In this document: positions 21,032-29,082 of the stretch, one piece after another | How positions within the stretch are numbered: position 1 is the stretch's first letter | How the letters are laid out: the number at the start of each line of letters is the position of its first letter | Assembly (NCBI GenBank): GCA_903834835.1 | Contig: CAILKO010000043.1 | Location: forward strand, 103,787-167,786 | Length of the DNA: 64,000 bases | From: an uncultured Pseudomonadota bacterium | Lineage (GTDB): Bacteria; Pseudomonadota; Gammaproteobacteria; Burkholderiales; SG8-39 | Reading direction: 5' to 3' | Notes under the pieces: model-generated | The model's input: only the letters and a program-made list of their open reading frames with translations | The model's database searches: none | What the model was told of the DNA's origin: nothing | Program-made: the position numbers and the translations under genes

Positions 21032-22651
21032 ATGTACTGGACCGATGATCGGCCCGATCAGACGCTGGGCAGCGCGCTGGCCGGCGCCGTGGAGCGCTAC
21101 GGCGACAAGGAGGCCTATACCTTCCCGGGTCGCCGGATCAGCTTTCGCGAAGCGGATGCCGAATCGGACAGCGTCGCACGTGCCTGCCTCGCGCTCGGGC
21201 TGAAGCGCGGCGACCGGGTCGGTGTACTGATGGCGAGCCACCCGGAGTGGGTGGCGCTTTATTTCGGTCTCGCGAAGATCGGCGTCTCGATGGTGCCGCT
21301 CAATACGCGCTTCAAGGCCTCCGAAATCGAGTTCGTGCTGAAGAAGTCGGGCGTGAAGGCGCTCTTCTTCCGCAGCAGCGACATGAGCGGCAAGGATTAC
21401 GCCGCGCTGCTCGCCGAAGTCGTGCCCGAACTCGGCGCGTCACGTCCGGGCGAGCTGCACTCGGTGGCGCTGCCGGCCCTGCGCACGGTGGTCGATCTCG
21501 CCGAGCGTCCCGCAGCCGGCACGGTCCCCTATGCGGACTTTCTCGCTGGCGCTTCGGGAACGACCCGGGAGACGCTCGCTGCCGCGAGGCGCGCGGTGCA
21601 GCCGCGCGACGAAGCGCTGGTGCAGTTCACCTCGGGCACGACCTCCTTCCCCAAGGGCGCGATGCTCTACCATGCGGGCATGCTGCGTGGTGCGGCGCAC
21701 TCGATCCGGATCATGCGCGTCGGCGAGCGCGATGCGTATTTTTCGGTGCAGCCCTTCTATCACAGTGGCGGTACGCTCGGCACCATGCTGCCGCCCCTGA
21801 TCTCGGGGTGCCGCGTCGTCACGCTGGTCTACTTCGATACCGGCGATGCGCTCGAAATGATGGAGTCGGAACGCGCGACGGTCGTCGTCGGCCATCAGCC
21901 GCACTACATCGAGTATCTGAACCACCCGAGTTTTCCGCAGCGGCGCCTGACGCTCGAACGGATGTTCATCATTGCCGGTCCGGAAATCTTCAGGATGGTG
22001 AAGGAACGCACGGGCATCGACGCGCTGGTTTCCGGCTACGGCATGACCGAGTCGCATCTCTACGGCACGTACACCACGCTCGACGATCCGGAAGTCCTGC
22101 GCTTCAACACCAATGGTCGCGCGGTCGCGGGCGTGGAGGTGGAGATTCGCGATCCGGATGATGGAGTCACGGTGCTCGGCCCGGACGAGGAAGGCGAGAT
22201 CTTCCTGAAGGTCGAGCATCCGATGCTCGGCTATCTCGATGAGCCGGAACTCACCCGCGAAGTGCTGGACGAAGCCGGCTGGTATCGCAGCGGCGACCAG
22301 GGCGTGCTCGGCGCGAACGGCTACCTGCGCCTGCTCGGGCGGGTGCGGGACATGATCCGGGTCGGCGGCGAGAACCTCGCCGGGGCCGAGGTCGAGGCCT
22401 GCCTGCTGGAGCATCCGGCCGTCAAGCAGGCGGCCGCGGTGCCCGGGCCCGACCCGCGTCTGGGTGAAGTGGTGGTGGCCTTTGTCGAGCTGAAGGACGG
22501 CGCGCCGGCGGACGTCCAGGGGCTGATCGAGCACTGCAAGGCGCGACTCGCGAGCTTCAAGGTGCCGCGGGCCGTGCATTTCGTCACCGAGTGGCCGATG
22601 AGCGGGACCGGCAAGATCCAGAAGCGCCTGCTGCTGAAGTCGCTTTCCTGA
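21032..22651 (+). CDS. AMP-dependent acyl-CoA synthetase/ligase
   Basis: FTSGTTSFPKGAML, GYGMTES, YRSGDQG, RVRDMIRVGGENL, SGTGKIQK: the full set of ANL motifs. Confidence 0.85.
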   Translation: MYWTDDRPDQTLGSALAGAVERYGDKEAYTFPGRRISFREADAESDSVARACLALGLKRGDRVGVLMASHPEWVALYFGLAKIGVSMVPLNTRFKASEIEFVLKKSGVKALFFRSSDMSGKDYAALLAEVVPELGASRPGELHSVALPALRTVVDLAERPAAGTVPYADFLAGASGTTRETLAAARRAVQPRDEALVQFTSGTTSFPKGAMLYHAGMLRGAAHSIRIMRVGERDAYFSVQPFYHSGGTLGTMLPPLISGCRVVTLVYFDTGDALEMMESERATVVVGHQPHYIEYLNHPSFPQRRLTLERMFIIAGPEIFRMVKERTGIDALVSGYGMTESHLYGTYTTLDDPEVLRFNTNGRAVAGVEVEIRDPDDGVTVLGPDEEGEIFLKVEHPMLGYLDEPELTREVLDEAGWYRSGDQGVLGANGYLRLLGRVRDMIRVGGENLAGAEVEACLLEHPAVKQAAAVPGPDPRLGEVVVAFVELKDGAPADVQGLIEHCKARLASFKVPRAVHFVTEWPMSGTGKIQKRLLLKSLS

Positions 22652-22786
22652 ACGCGGCGGATGCGAAACCGGTCGGCGTGCGGGCGGCATGCCGGGGAAA
22701 ATCGACTAGTATTGGCGGTCAAGGATTCAGGAGCGGGGCGGCCGGACGCAGCCCTGCCGTATTAACGGAAGAATGAGGAGCCCATC

Positions 22787-23305
22787 ATGGCCGACGTACT
22801 GAAAACCCGGGTCCGCGAACGCGGTCCTACGGAGCACAGCATCTACGAGCGCACGCTGAAGTGGATGGTGGACTGGCGCGAGCGCGCGTTCAAGAAGGCC
22901 ATCGTGCTGAATGGCGACGAGCACGAGTGGGATTCCACCCGCCAGGGGCGGATCAAGTGGTTCATCAACCGCGAGACCGACGACAAGTGCCACGGCGTGC
23001 TGCGCGACTGGAGCGTGTTCCTGCACGACATCAAGACCCACTCGGGCGCGCACCGCCACCAGGGCGGTCTGGTGATCTACGTGATCGAGGGCGAGGGCTA
23101 TACCGAGGTGGACGGGGAGCGCAAGGACTGGCAGGAAGGCGACGCGCTGCTGCTGCCGCTCAAGCCGGACGGCGTGCTGCACAAGCATTTCAACAAGCGC
23201 CCCGGTCAGAAGGCCGTCTGGATCGCGTTCATCTACAGCCCGTACATGGACGAGCTCGGCAAATGGGTCGAGCAGAAGGAAGTCGCGCCCGACTTCCGGG
23301 GATGA
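22787..23305 (+). CDS. Monocupin protein, gentisate-1,2-dioxygenase-like (copy 1)
   Basis: ...HDIKTHSGAHRHQGGLVIYVIEGEGYTEVDGERKDWQEGDALLLP... is a cupin metal motif resembling one barrel of gentisate/1-hydroxy-2-naphthoate dioxygenases. 172 aa. Confidence 0.7.
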   Translation: MADVLKTRVRERGPTEHSIYERTLKWMVDWRERAFKKAIVLNGDEHEWDSTRQGRIKWFINRETDDKCHGVLRDWSVFLHDIKTHSGAHRHQGGLVIYVIEGEGYTEVDGERKDWQEGDALLLPLKPDGVLHKHFNKRPGQKAVWIAFIYSPYMDELGKWVEQKEVAPDFRG

Positions 23306-23310
23306 AGCAA

Positions 23311-23334
23311 GGGTCTGACCCCGGGGTCTGACCC
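23311..23334 (+). other. GC-rich near-palindrome between the cupin copies (GGGTCTGACCC CG GGGTCTGACCC)
   Basis: Two tandem copies of the 11-mer GGGTCTGACCC, which is itself palindromic. Together they can form a ~10-bp stem with a CCGG loop. Confidence 0.5.
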
Positions 23335-23367
23335 TGAGGTGACTGGCGGGCGAGCAGGGGAGTCGAG

Positions 23368-23883
23368 ATGTCCGATGCATTGAAGACCCGTGTCCGCGAG
23401 CGCGGGCCCACCGAGCACAGCATCTACGAGCGCACGCTCAAGTGGATGGTGGACTGGCGCGAGCGCGCATTCAAGCGCGCGATCGTGATCCGCGGCGACG
23501 AGATCGAATGGGAGCAGTCGCGCCAGGGGCGTCTCAAGTGGTTCATCAACCGCGAGACCGACGACACCTGTGTCGGCGCGCTGCGCGACTGGAACGTGTT
23601 TCTGCACGACATCAAGACCCACTCGGGCGCGCATCGTCACCAGGGCGGCCTCGTCATCTACGTGGTCGAAGGCGAGGGGTATACCGAAGTGGACGGCGAC
23701 CGCAAGGACTGGCAGGAGGGCGACGTGCTGCTGCTGCCGCTCAAGCCGGACGGCGTTGTCCACAAGCATTTCAATCGCCGGCCCGGCAAGAGCGCAATCT
23801 GGATGGCGTGGATCTACAGCCCCTACATGGACGAGCTCGGCAAGTGGATCGAGCAGAAGGAAATCTCGCCGGACTTCAAGTAG
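23368..23883 (+). CDS. Monocupin protein, gentisate-1,2-dioxygenase-like (copy 2)
   Basis: By my manual alignment, 143 of 171 residues are identical to copy 1, and the HRHQGGLVIYVVEGEGYTEVDG motif is the same. Confidence 0.7.
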   Translation: MSDALKTRVRERGPTEHSIYERTLKWMVDWRERAFKRAIVIRGDEIEWEQSRQGRLKWFINRETDDTCVGALRDWNVFLHDIKTHSGAHRHQGGLVIYVVEGEGYTEVDGDRKDWQEGDVLLLPLKPDGVVHKHFNRRPGKSAIWMAWIYSPYMDELGKWIEQKEISPDFK

Positions 23884-23929
23884 CGGCTTGGCGCGGGCGC
23901 CGGAGGGGAGGCCGGCGAGTCTTGTGCGA

Positions 23930-23959
23930 ATAGATGGTAACGAATATGTTACTAGCTAT
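23930..23959. repeat. AT-rich 30-bp palindrome, copy b (ATAGATGGTAAC GAATAT GTTACTAGCTAT)
   Basis: It lies 46 nt after the cupin-2 stop and 38 nt before the amidohydrolase ATG. 10/12 arm positions are Watson-Crick complementary (11/12 with a GU pair in RNA). Confidence 0.85.
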
Positions 23960-23997
23960 TTCCTGCAGCCGTTTTCCCGGTCCCCAAGTCGTATGGC

Positions 23998-25257
23998 ATG
24001 GAGAACCCCATGAGCGCACTGCCCGAGGAAATCACTGTCAATCCCGAGAACTGCTGGCGACTCGAGACGCCGGGCGCCCAGGGCTGGGAAGGCTCGGCGC
24101 GACCGGGCACGGAGAAGAAATATTTCATCATCTCCACCGACAGCCACCTCGGGCCACCGCCCACGCTGTTCCGTGATCGCATCGAGAAGAAATACGTCGA
24201 TCGTCTCCCGCGCATCGAGAACCGCGACGGCCGCCGTTACCTCGTGCTGGAAGGGCGTCGACCGATGATGCTCGTGGAGGACACACTTGATGGCGAGGAC
24301 ATGGTGCGCGCCAAGGCCGGCAGCGGCTCGTCGATCGTGTTGCTGGGCGGGGGCGCCAGTTTCGATGAGCGTATCCGCCATCTCGATCTGGACGGCATCG
24401 ACGGCGAAGTGATCTTTCCGAACGGACCGGGTCTGCTGATGTGGGGCACTCACGACCCCGAGTTCGCGATGGCTCAGTGCCGTATCTGGAATACCTGGGC
24501 CTGGGAGCTGTGCGAGGCGCACAAGGCGCGTTGCAATCCGGCAGCGGCCCTCGCCACGGGCGACCTGGAAGGCTCGATCCGGGAAGTGGAACGCGTCGCG
24601 AAGCTGGGCTACCGCGTGCTCGCGCTGCCCTGCAAGCCGATCTGGGGCCCGGGCGACGCGATGCACGTGAACTACAACCAGAAGCACTTCGACCCGCTGT
24701 GGGCGGCGATTCAGGACGCGGATCTGGCGATCACGTTTCATGTCTCGACCGGCACCGATCCGCGCGGCGCGCGTTCCGACGGCGGCGCGATCATCAATTA
24801 TGTGATCCACGCGACCGCGCCGACCATGGAGCCGGTGGTGAATCTGTGCGCCTCGGGCGTGCTTGACCGCTTCCCCGGGCTGCGCTTTGCCACCATCGAG
24901 GCGAATGCGGGCTGGCTGCCGTGGCTGCTCGATACCATGGACGAGGGCGTGCGCAAGCACCACATGTACGTGAACCCGAAGCTCAGGATGCTGCCGAGCG
25001 AGTACTTCAGGGCGCATGGCGGGGCCTCGGTCTGTGACGATCGGGCGGCGCTGTTGCTGGTCGAGAAATTCGGGCTGGAGAACAACCTGATGTTCGCGAA
25101 CGACTACCCGCACCATGAGGGGAGCTGGCCGCATTCCGCCCAGGTGATCGAGCGCAACATGGGGCATCTGCGGGAAGGGACGCGGCGCAGGATACTCGGA
25201 CTCAACGCGGCGCGCTTCTTCCGCTTCGACATTCCGGAACAGTACCGCAACGTCTGA
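23998..25257 (+). CDS. Amidohydro_2 (ACMSD/LigW-type) metal-dependent hydrolase/decarboxylase family protein
   Basis: IISTDSH..., ITFHVSTG..., NLMFANDYPHHEG is the characteristic metal-ligand pattern of the amidohydrolase-2 family. 419 aa. Confidence 0.75.
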   Translation: MENPMSALPEEITVNPENCWRLETPGAQGWEGSARPGTEKKYFIISTDSHLGPPPTLFRDRIEKKYVDRLPRIENRDGRRYLVLEGRRPMMLVEDTLDGEDMVRAKAGSGSSIVLLGGGASFDERIRHLDLDGIDGEVIFPNGPGLLMWGTHDPEFAMAQCRIWNTWAWELCEAHKARCNPAAALATGDLEGSIREVERVAKLGYRVLALPCKPIWGPGDAMHVNYNQKHFDPLWAAIQDADLAITFHVSTGTDPRGARSDGGAIINYVIHATAPTMEPVVNLCASGVLDRFPGLRFATIEANAGWLPWLLDTMDEGVRKHHMYVNPKLRMLPSEYFRAHGGASVCDDRAALLLVEKFGLENNLMFANDYPHHEGSWPHSAQVIERNMGHLREGTRRRILGLNAARFFRFDIPEQYRNV

Positions 25258-25273
25258 TCACGAGGAGCAGTCC

Positions 25274-25885
25274 ATGGATGCGAGGACCGAGAACGCACTG
25301 CAGCGCTTCGTGCGCAAGACGCGGGCGCTGTTCGCAAGCGAGGCCGACCCGGAACGGCGCTGGACCGCGCTCAGCCCCGCGTTTGCCGAGCTCCTGGCAG
25401 ATCCCGCGGTGATCGAGGCCTCGCGCAGCTGGCCTGACTGCATGCCTTCGGACGGACGCGCGGAGAATCTGCTGTTCTATGTGGATCCGGATTACGGGTT
25501 TGCGATCAACGGGCTCACGAAGGCAACCGACCAGAGCGGCGCGCCGCGCATCCACCACCATGCCCACCTCTATACGCTGTACGGCGTGCTGGACGGCCAT
25601 GAGCGCATGGAGCGCTATGAGCGGCTCGACGACGGTACGCGCGCAGGCTATGCGGAAATCCGCAGGACCGTGGATTCGACGGTGGGGCCTGGCGAAATCG
25701 ATCTCGTACGGCCCTACGAGGTGCACGCCGAGGTGACCGTAGGCGAGCGGACGGTGGCGGTGATCGTACGCAGTGAAAAGGCAGGCAGCTTCAACCAGGG
25801 GCGGTTTCTGCCCGACGAGAAGCGCTACTACGAGAGCCTGGGACCGAAGCAGACGCCTTGCGAGATGCTGCCCGCGCGCGCCTGA
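25274..25885 (+). CDS. Cysteine-dioxygenase-type-I-like cupin (double-stranded beta-helix metalloenzyme)
   Basis: ...NLLFYVDPDYGFAINGL...PRIHHHAHLYTLYGVLDGHERMERYERLDDG...VRPYEVHAE... follows the pattern of CDO_I/COG5553-like proteins. Confidence 0.6.
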   Translation: MDARTENALQRFVRKTRALFASEADPERRWTALSPAFAELLADPAVIEASRSWPDCMPSDGRAENLLFYVDPDYGFAINGLTKATDQSGAPRIHHHAHLYTLYGVLDGHERMERYERLDDGTRAGYAEIRRTVDSTVGPGEIDLVRPYEVHAEVTVGERTVAVIVRSEKAGSFNQGRFLPDEKRYYESLGPKQTPCEMLPARA

Positions 25886-25900
25886 GCGCGTTGCGGTGGC

Positions 25901-26281
25901 TTAGCGCAGAGCGGGGAAATTCGGTGCGCGGGGAGCTTCCGCGCACGCACCGCGCTGCAGCGCCTGTAGTTCTTCCAGAGGACGCGCGGTATCGTCAACA
26001 TCGCGTCCGCGTATCGAAACCACGATCCGCGGGCCCGGCACAGGTATTCGCGCGCTGTACCAGACCGGCGGCGTGCTGGACATCATCAGCGTGCCGGTCT
26101 GCGGGTCCTTCCAGCTGTACACCTGGGCTGCACAGGGGAGTGGAAGGGCAAGCATCAAGGCGGCGGGAATTGCAAATCTTGTCAAGGGAATTTCTTGTTC
26201 GGGTGCGATGGAAGAAGGCGCGCATGATGCAGCAAAATGTGGCGAAAGCCTGTGCGAAATGTAACGTTGGGGACGGTTCAC
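25901..26281 (-). CDS. DUF4124 domain protein (secreted; start uncertain)
   Basis: A signal-like AIPAALMLALPLPCAAQ is followed by VYSWKDPQTGTLMMSSTPP (DUF4124 motif). The ORF-track start is a GTG, and a later start (for example the TTG at 'LTRF') is possible. Confidence 0.55.
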   Translation of the reverse strand: MNRPQRYISHRLSPHFAASCAPSSIAPEQEIPLTRFAIPAALMLALPLPCAAQVYSWKDPQTGTLMMSSTPPVWYSARIPVPGPRIVVSIRGRDVDDTARPLEELQALQRGACAEAPRAPNFPALR

Positions 26282-26331
26282 TGCGATGAAGCTTGATCGC
26301 TACCCGGGAACTTCAGGATTGAGGAGGATGC

Positions 26332-27672
26332 ATGTCTGAAGCAGGACGACTCTTTTTCCGTTTCGCGCTGCGCGCGACCCTCGCGGTTGCGATTGCCGTC
26401 GGCCTCTGGGCGGCGGGCATTCCCGCGGAGTTCGTGCTGTTCGCGCTGACGCTCGCGGGCGTCGCGCTGCTGCACCGGCACAACCTCCAGGTTGCGCTCA
26501 CGGGTCTCGCGGTGCTGACGCTCTACAAGCTCGGCTTCGCGGAGTTCAAATCCGGGCCCGGGTTCGGCGGCCTCGTTCAGCACCTCGCGCATGAATGGGT
26601 GATTCTCGCAAACCTTTTCGCGCTGCTGCTCGGATTCGCGCTGCTCGCGAGGCAGTTCGAGGAAAGCAGGCTGCCGCTGGTACTGCCGCGCATTCTGCCG
26701 GACGACTGGCGCGGCGGTTTCATGCTGCTCGTGATGATCTTCGTGCTGTCGTCCTTCCTCGACAACATCGCGGCGGCGCTGATCGGGGGATCTATTGCCG
26801 GCACGGTGTTTCGTGGACGCGTGCATATCGGCTATCTCGCGGCGATTGTCGCAGCCTCGAACGCCGGGGGTGCGGGCAGCGTGGTCGGCGACACGACCAC
26901 CACGATGATGTGGCTGGACGGCGTCGATCCGCGCGAGGTGCTCGAGGCTTTCCTCGCTTCCGGGACGGCGGTCGTGATCTTCGGCATTCCCGCATCGCTG
27001 CAGCAGCATCGCCACTCCCCGATCACGGCGGATGCACCGGTGGGCGTAAGCATCGACTGGGCGCGGGTGGCAATCGTCGCGATGATGCTCGTCGCCGCGA
27101 TCGTGGCGAACGTGTCCGCCAACCTGGTTTTTCCCGCGCTGGCGGACGCGTTTCCGCTGCTCGGCGCTTCGGTCTGGGCGGTTATCCTGCTTACCGCGGG
27201 CTGGCGCAGGCCTGCCTGGGAATCCCTGCCCGAGGCGCTGAAGGGCAGCATCTTTCTGCTCTCGCTCATACTGTGCGCGTCCTACATGCCGGTCGAAACC
27301 CTGCCGCCGGCCGGCTGGGATACGGCATTCGGTCTGGGTTTCGTTTCGGCGGTCTTCGACAACATTCCGCTTACTGCGCTTGCGCTGAAGCAGGGCGGGT
27401 ACGACTGGGGTTTCCTTGCGTTTGCGGTCGGCTTCGGCGGTTCGATGATCTGGTTCGGATCGAGCGCCGGTGTGGCGCTGGCAAGCGTCTATCCGCAGGC
27501 GCGTTCGGTGGGTTTGTGGATCCGGCACGGGTGGCCGATTGTCGTAGCCTATGTTGCTGGGTTCTTCGTGCTGCTCGCAGTGCAGGGTTGGCATCCGCAT
27601 GCGCCGCACAAACGCGGTGCGGCGCCTGTCGTGCAGCAGGCGGTCCAGCAGGCCCAGGGCACCAGCCAGTGA
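26332..27672 (+). CDS. Ion-transporter-superfamily permease (ArsB/NhaD/CitMHS-like)
   Basis: About 12 predicted TM segments with duplicated SSFLDNIAAALI / SAVFDNIPLTALAL motifs. A GAGGAGG SD precedes the ATG. Confidence 0.65.
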   Translation: MSEAGRLFFRFALRATLAVAIAVGLWAAGIPAEFVLFALTLAGVALLHRHNLQVALTGLAVLTLYKLGFAEFKSGPGFGGLVQHLAHEWVILANLFALLLGFALLARQFEESRLPLVLPRILPDDWRGGFMLLVMIFVLSSFLDNIAAALIGGSIAGTVFRGRVHIGYLAAIVAASNAGGAGSVVGDTTTTMMWLDGVDPREVLEAFLASGTAVVIFGIPASLQQHRHSPITADAPVGVSIDWARVAIVAMMLVAAIVANVSANLVFPALADAFPLLGASVWAVILLTAGWRRPAWESLPEALKGSIFLLSLILCASYMPVETLPPAGWDTAFGLGFVSAVFDNIPLTALALKQGGYDWGFLAFAVGFGGSMIWFGSSAGVALASVYPQARSVGLWIRHGWPIVVAYVAGFFVLLAVQGWHPHAPHKRGAAPVVQQAVQQAQGTSQ

Positions 27673-28478
27673 GTACCGCCGCGCAGCTTTCGCTCATGCC
27701 GGTGACCATCTCGGATGCGGGACCGATCGAAGTGGTCGACGCGGCGGTGGCGGCGGGTTACGACTCCTACGGCCTGACGCTCTGGGGATTTTCCGGCGGT
27801 GCGAGCGCTACGCTCGGCGATCCCGCCGCGATGCGTGCGCTGGAAGCCCGGGTGCGCGATGCGGGGCTGCCGGTACTCACAATTGAAGCGGTCGGGCTTG
27901 CGCCGGATTTCAGGCTGGCGCCGCTGGAGCCGCTGCTCGATGCGGCCGCGCGCCTCTCGTGTCCCTACCTGAACGTATGCGGGGACGATCCGGACGAGGG
28001 GCGCATGACGGACAGCCTCGCGGCGCTCGCGACGCTCGCGGCCACGCGCGGCGTGCGCATCGCGCTGGAGTTCATATCGCGGCTGAAGCTGCGCAGCATC
28101 GGCCAGGCGCGCGCGATGATCGAACGGGCTGGCGTACCCGGCATCGAACTCGTCGTGGATTCGCTGCATCTGTATCGTTCCGGCGGTCAGGCGGCGGACC
28201 TCGCCGGGCTGGCGGCAGCGCAGGTCGCCTACGCCCAGCTCTGCGATGCGCCGTTGCTGCGCCCGCCGGAACCGGAGTACGTGATGGAAGGGCGCACGAA
28301 CCGGCTGTATCCAGGGGAGGGCGGCCTGCCGCTGGGCGAGTTTCTTGACGCATTGCCGCCGGGACGGCCGCTGGGTGTCGAAGTGCCGAATCTCGCGAGC
28401 AATCGCCACGCGCCGAGGGAGCGCGCGCGGCTCGCGCTCGACATGACGCGGCGGTATCTTGCCGCGCGCGGCGCCTAG
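27669..28478 (+). CDS. Xylose-isomerase-like TIM-barrel protein (sugar phosphate isomerase/epimerase family)
   Basis: Only the C-terminal 269 codons of ORF 26595..28478 are credible: ...RIALEFISRLKLRSIGQARAMIERAG...VVDSLHLYRSGG.... The GTG at 27669 overlaps the transporter stop (GTGA). An ATG at 27696 is the alternative start. Confidence 0.55.
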   Translation: MSTAAQLSLMPVTISDAGPIEVVDAAVAAGYDSYGLTLWGFSGGASATLGDPAAMRALEARVRDAGLPVLTIEAVGLAPDFRLAPLEPLLDAAARLSCPYLNVCGDDPDEGRMTDSLAALATLAATRGVRIALEFISRLKLRSIGQARAMIERAGVPGIELVVDSLHLYRSGGQAADLAGLAAAQVAYAQLCDAPLLRPPEPEYVMEGRTNRLYPGEGGLPLGEFLDALPPGRPLGVEVPNLASNRHAPRERARLALDMTRRYLAARGA

Positions 28479-28972
28479 GAGCGCGCGGGCCGGGCGCGAG
28501 CCTTCGGTTCCGGTTTTGGTATCGGGAGCGGGCTTTCCTTTAGGCAGCGCAATACGAAATTGGACTTGCTGTGCCGGATGCCTGGAATCTTGTACAGGCG
28601 TTCGCGCAGCAGCCGCTCGTAGTCGCGCGTGTCCTGGACGGCAATGCGCAGAAAATAATCGTATTCGCCGGACACGAGGTAGGCTTCCAGCACTTCGGGT
28701 ATCTGGCGCAAGGCTTTTCCGAAGTCGTACAGCGTCTCGTCCGAGTGGCTCTCCAGCGTGAGCTGCAGGATCACTGTGTCGTGCAGTCCCACCGCGTCAG
28801 GATTGATACGCGTGATATAGCCCTGGATGACGCCTTCCTTCTCAAGACGCTTGATGCGGTTCCAGCACGGTGTGGAGGAAAGGCCGACCTCGGCGCTGAT
28901 CTCCTGCAGGCTGGCGCGGGCATGTCCCTGCAGGAAGCGCAGGATCGCAAGATCGAACTTGTCCAGAGCCAT
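28475..28972 (-). CDS. Lrp/AsnC family transcriptional regulator (BkdR-like)
   Basis: MALDKFDLAILRFLQGHARASLQEISAEVGLSSTPCWNRIKRLEKEGVIQGY... is an HTH_AsnC plus RAM domain. It is divergent from the ALS-like/bkd genes. The internal ATG at 28972 is the start. Confidence 0.85.
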   Translation of the reverse strand: MALDKFDLAILRFLQGHARASLQEISAEVGLSSTPCWNRIKRLEKEGVIQGYITRINPDAVGLHDTVILQLTLESHSDETLYDFGKALRQIPEVLEAYLVSGEYDYFLRIAVQDTRDYERLLRERLYKIPGIRHSKSNFVLRCLKESPLPIPKPEPKARARPARS

Positions 28973-29082
28973 GAAAAAATCCTTCTTGTAAATGACCAAA
29001 ACAGGAAAATTTTTCCAATTCATGGAGAAGATACAGGATACTGCGGACAGTTTTTTTTCGCCGGCCGAATTACAGTAGCGCC
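28973..29082. promoter_or_regulatory. AT-rich divergent control region between the Lrp-type regulator and the ALS-like/bkd operon
   Basis: This is a locally AT-rich 110 bp (AAAAAATCCTTCTTGTAAATGACCAAAACAGGAAAATTTTTCCAATTCATGG...). It is analogous to the bkdR-bkdA1 region of Pseudomonas. No individual sites were assigned. Confidence 0.4.

Larger units (their letters stand above)
22787..23883. repeat. Tandem duplication of the monocupin gene (~580-bp unit)
   Basis: Nucleotide and protein collinearity are seen directly, for example GAGCACAGCATCTACGAGCGCACGCT in both copies. Confidence 0.85.

Noticed and set aside
26595-27668. The 5' two-thirds of the 627-aa ORF 26595..28478.
   Set aside because: This part overlaps the permease gene in another frame and translates to Arg/Gly-rich nonsense. 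Only the portion from 27669 onward resembles a real TIM-barrel protein.
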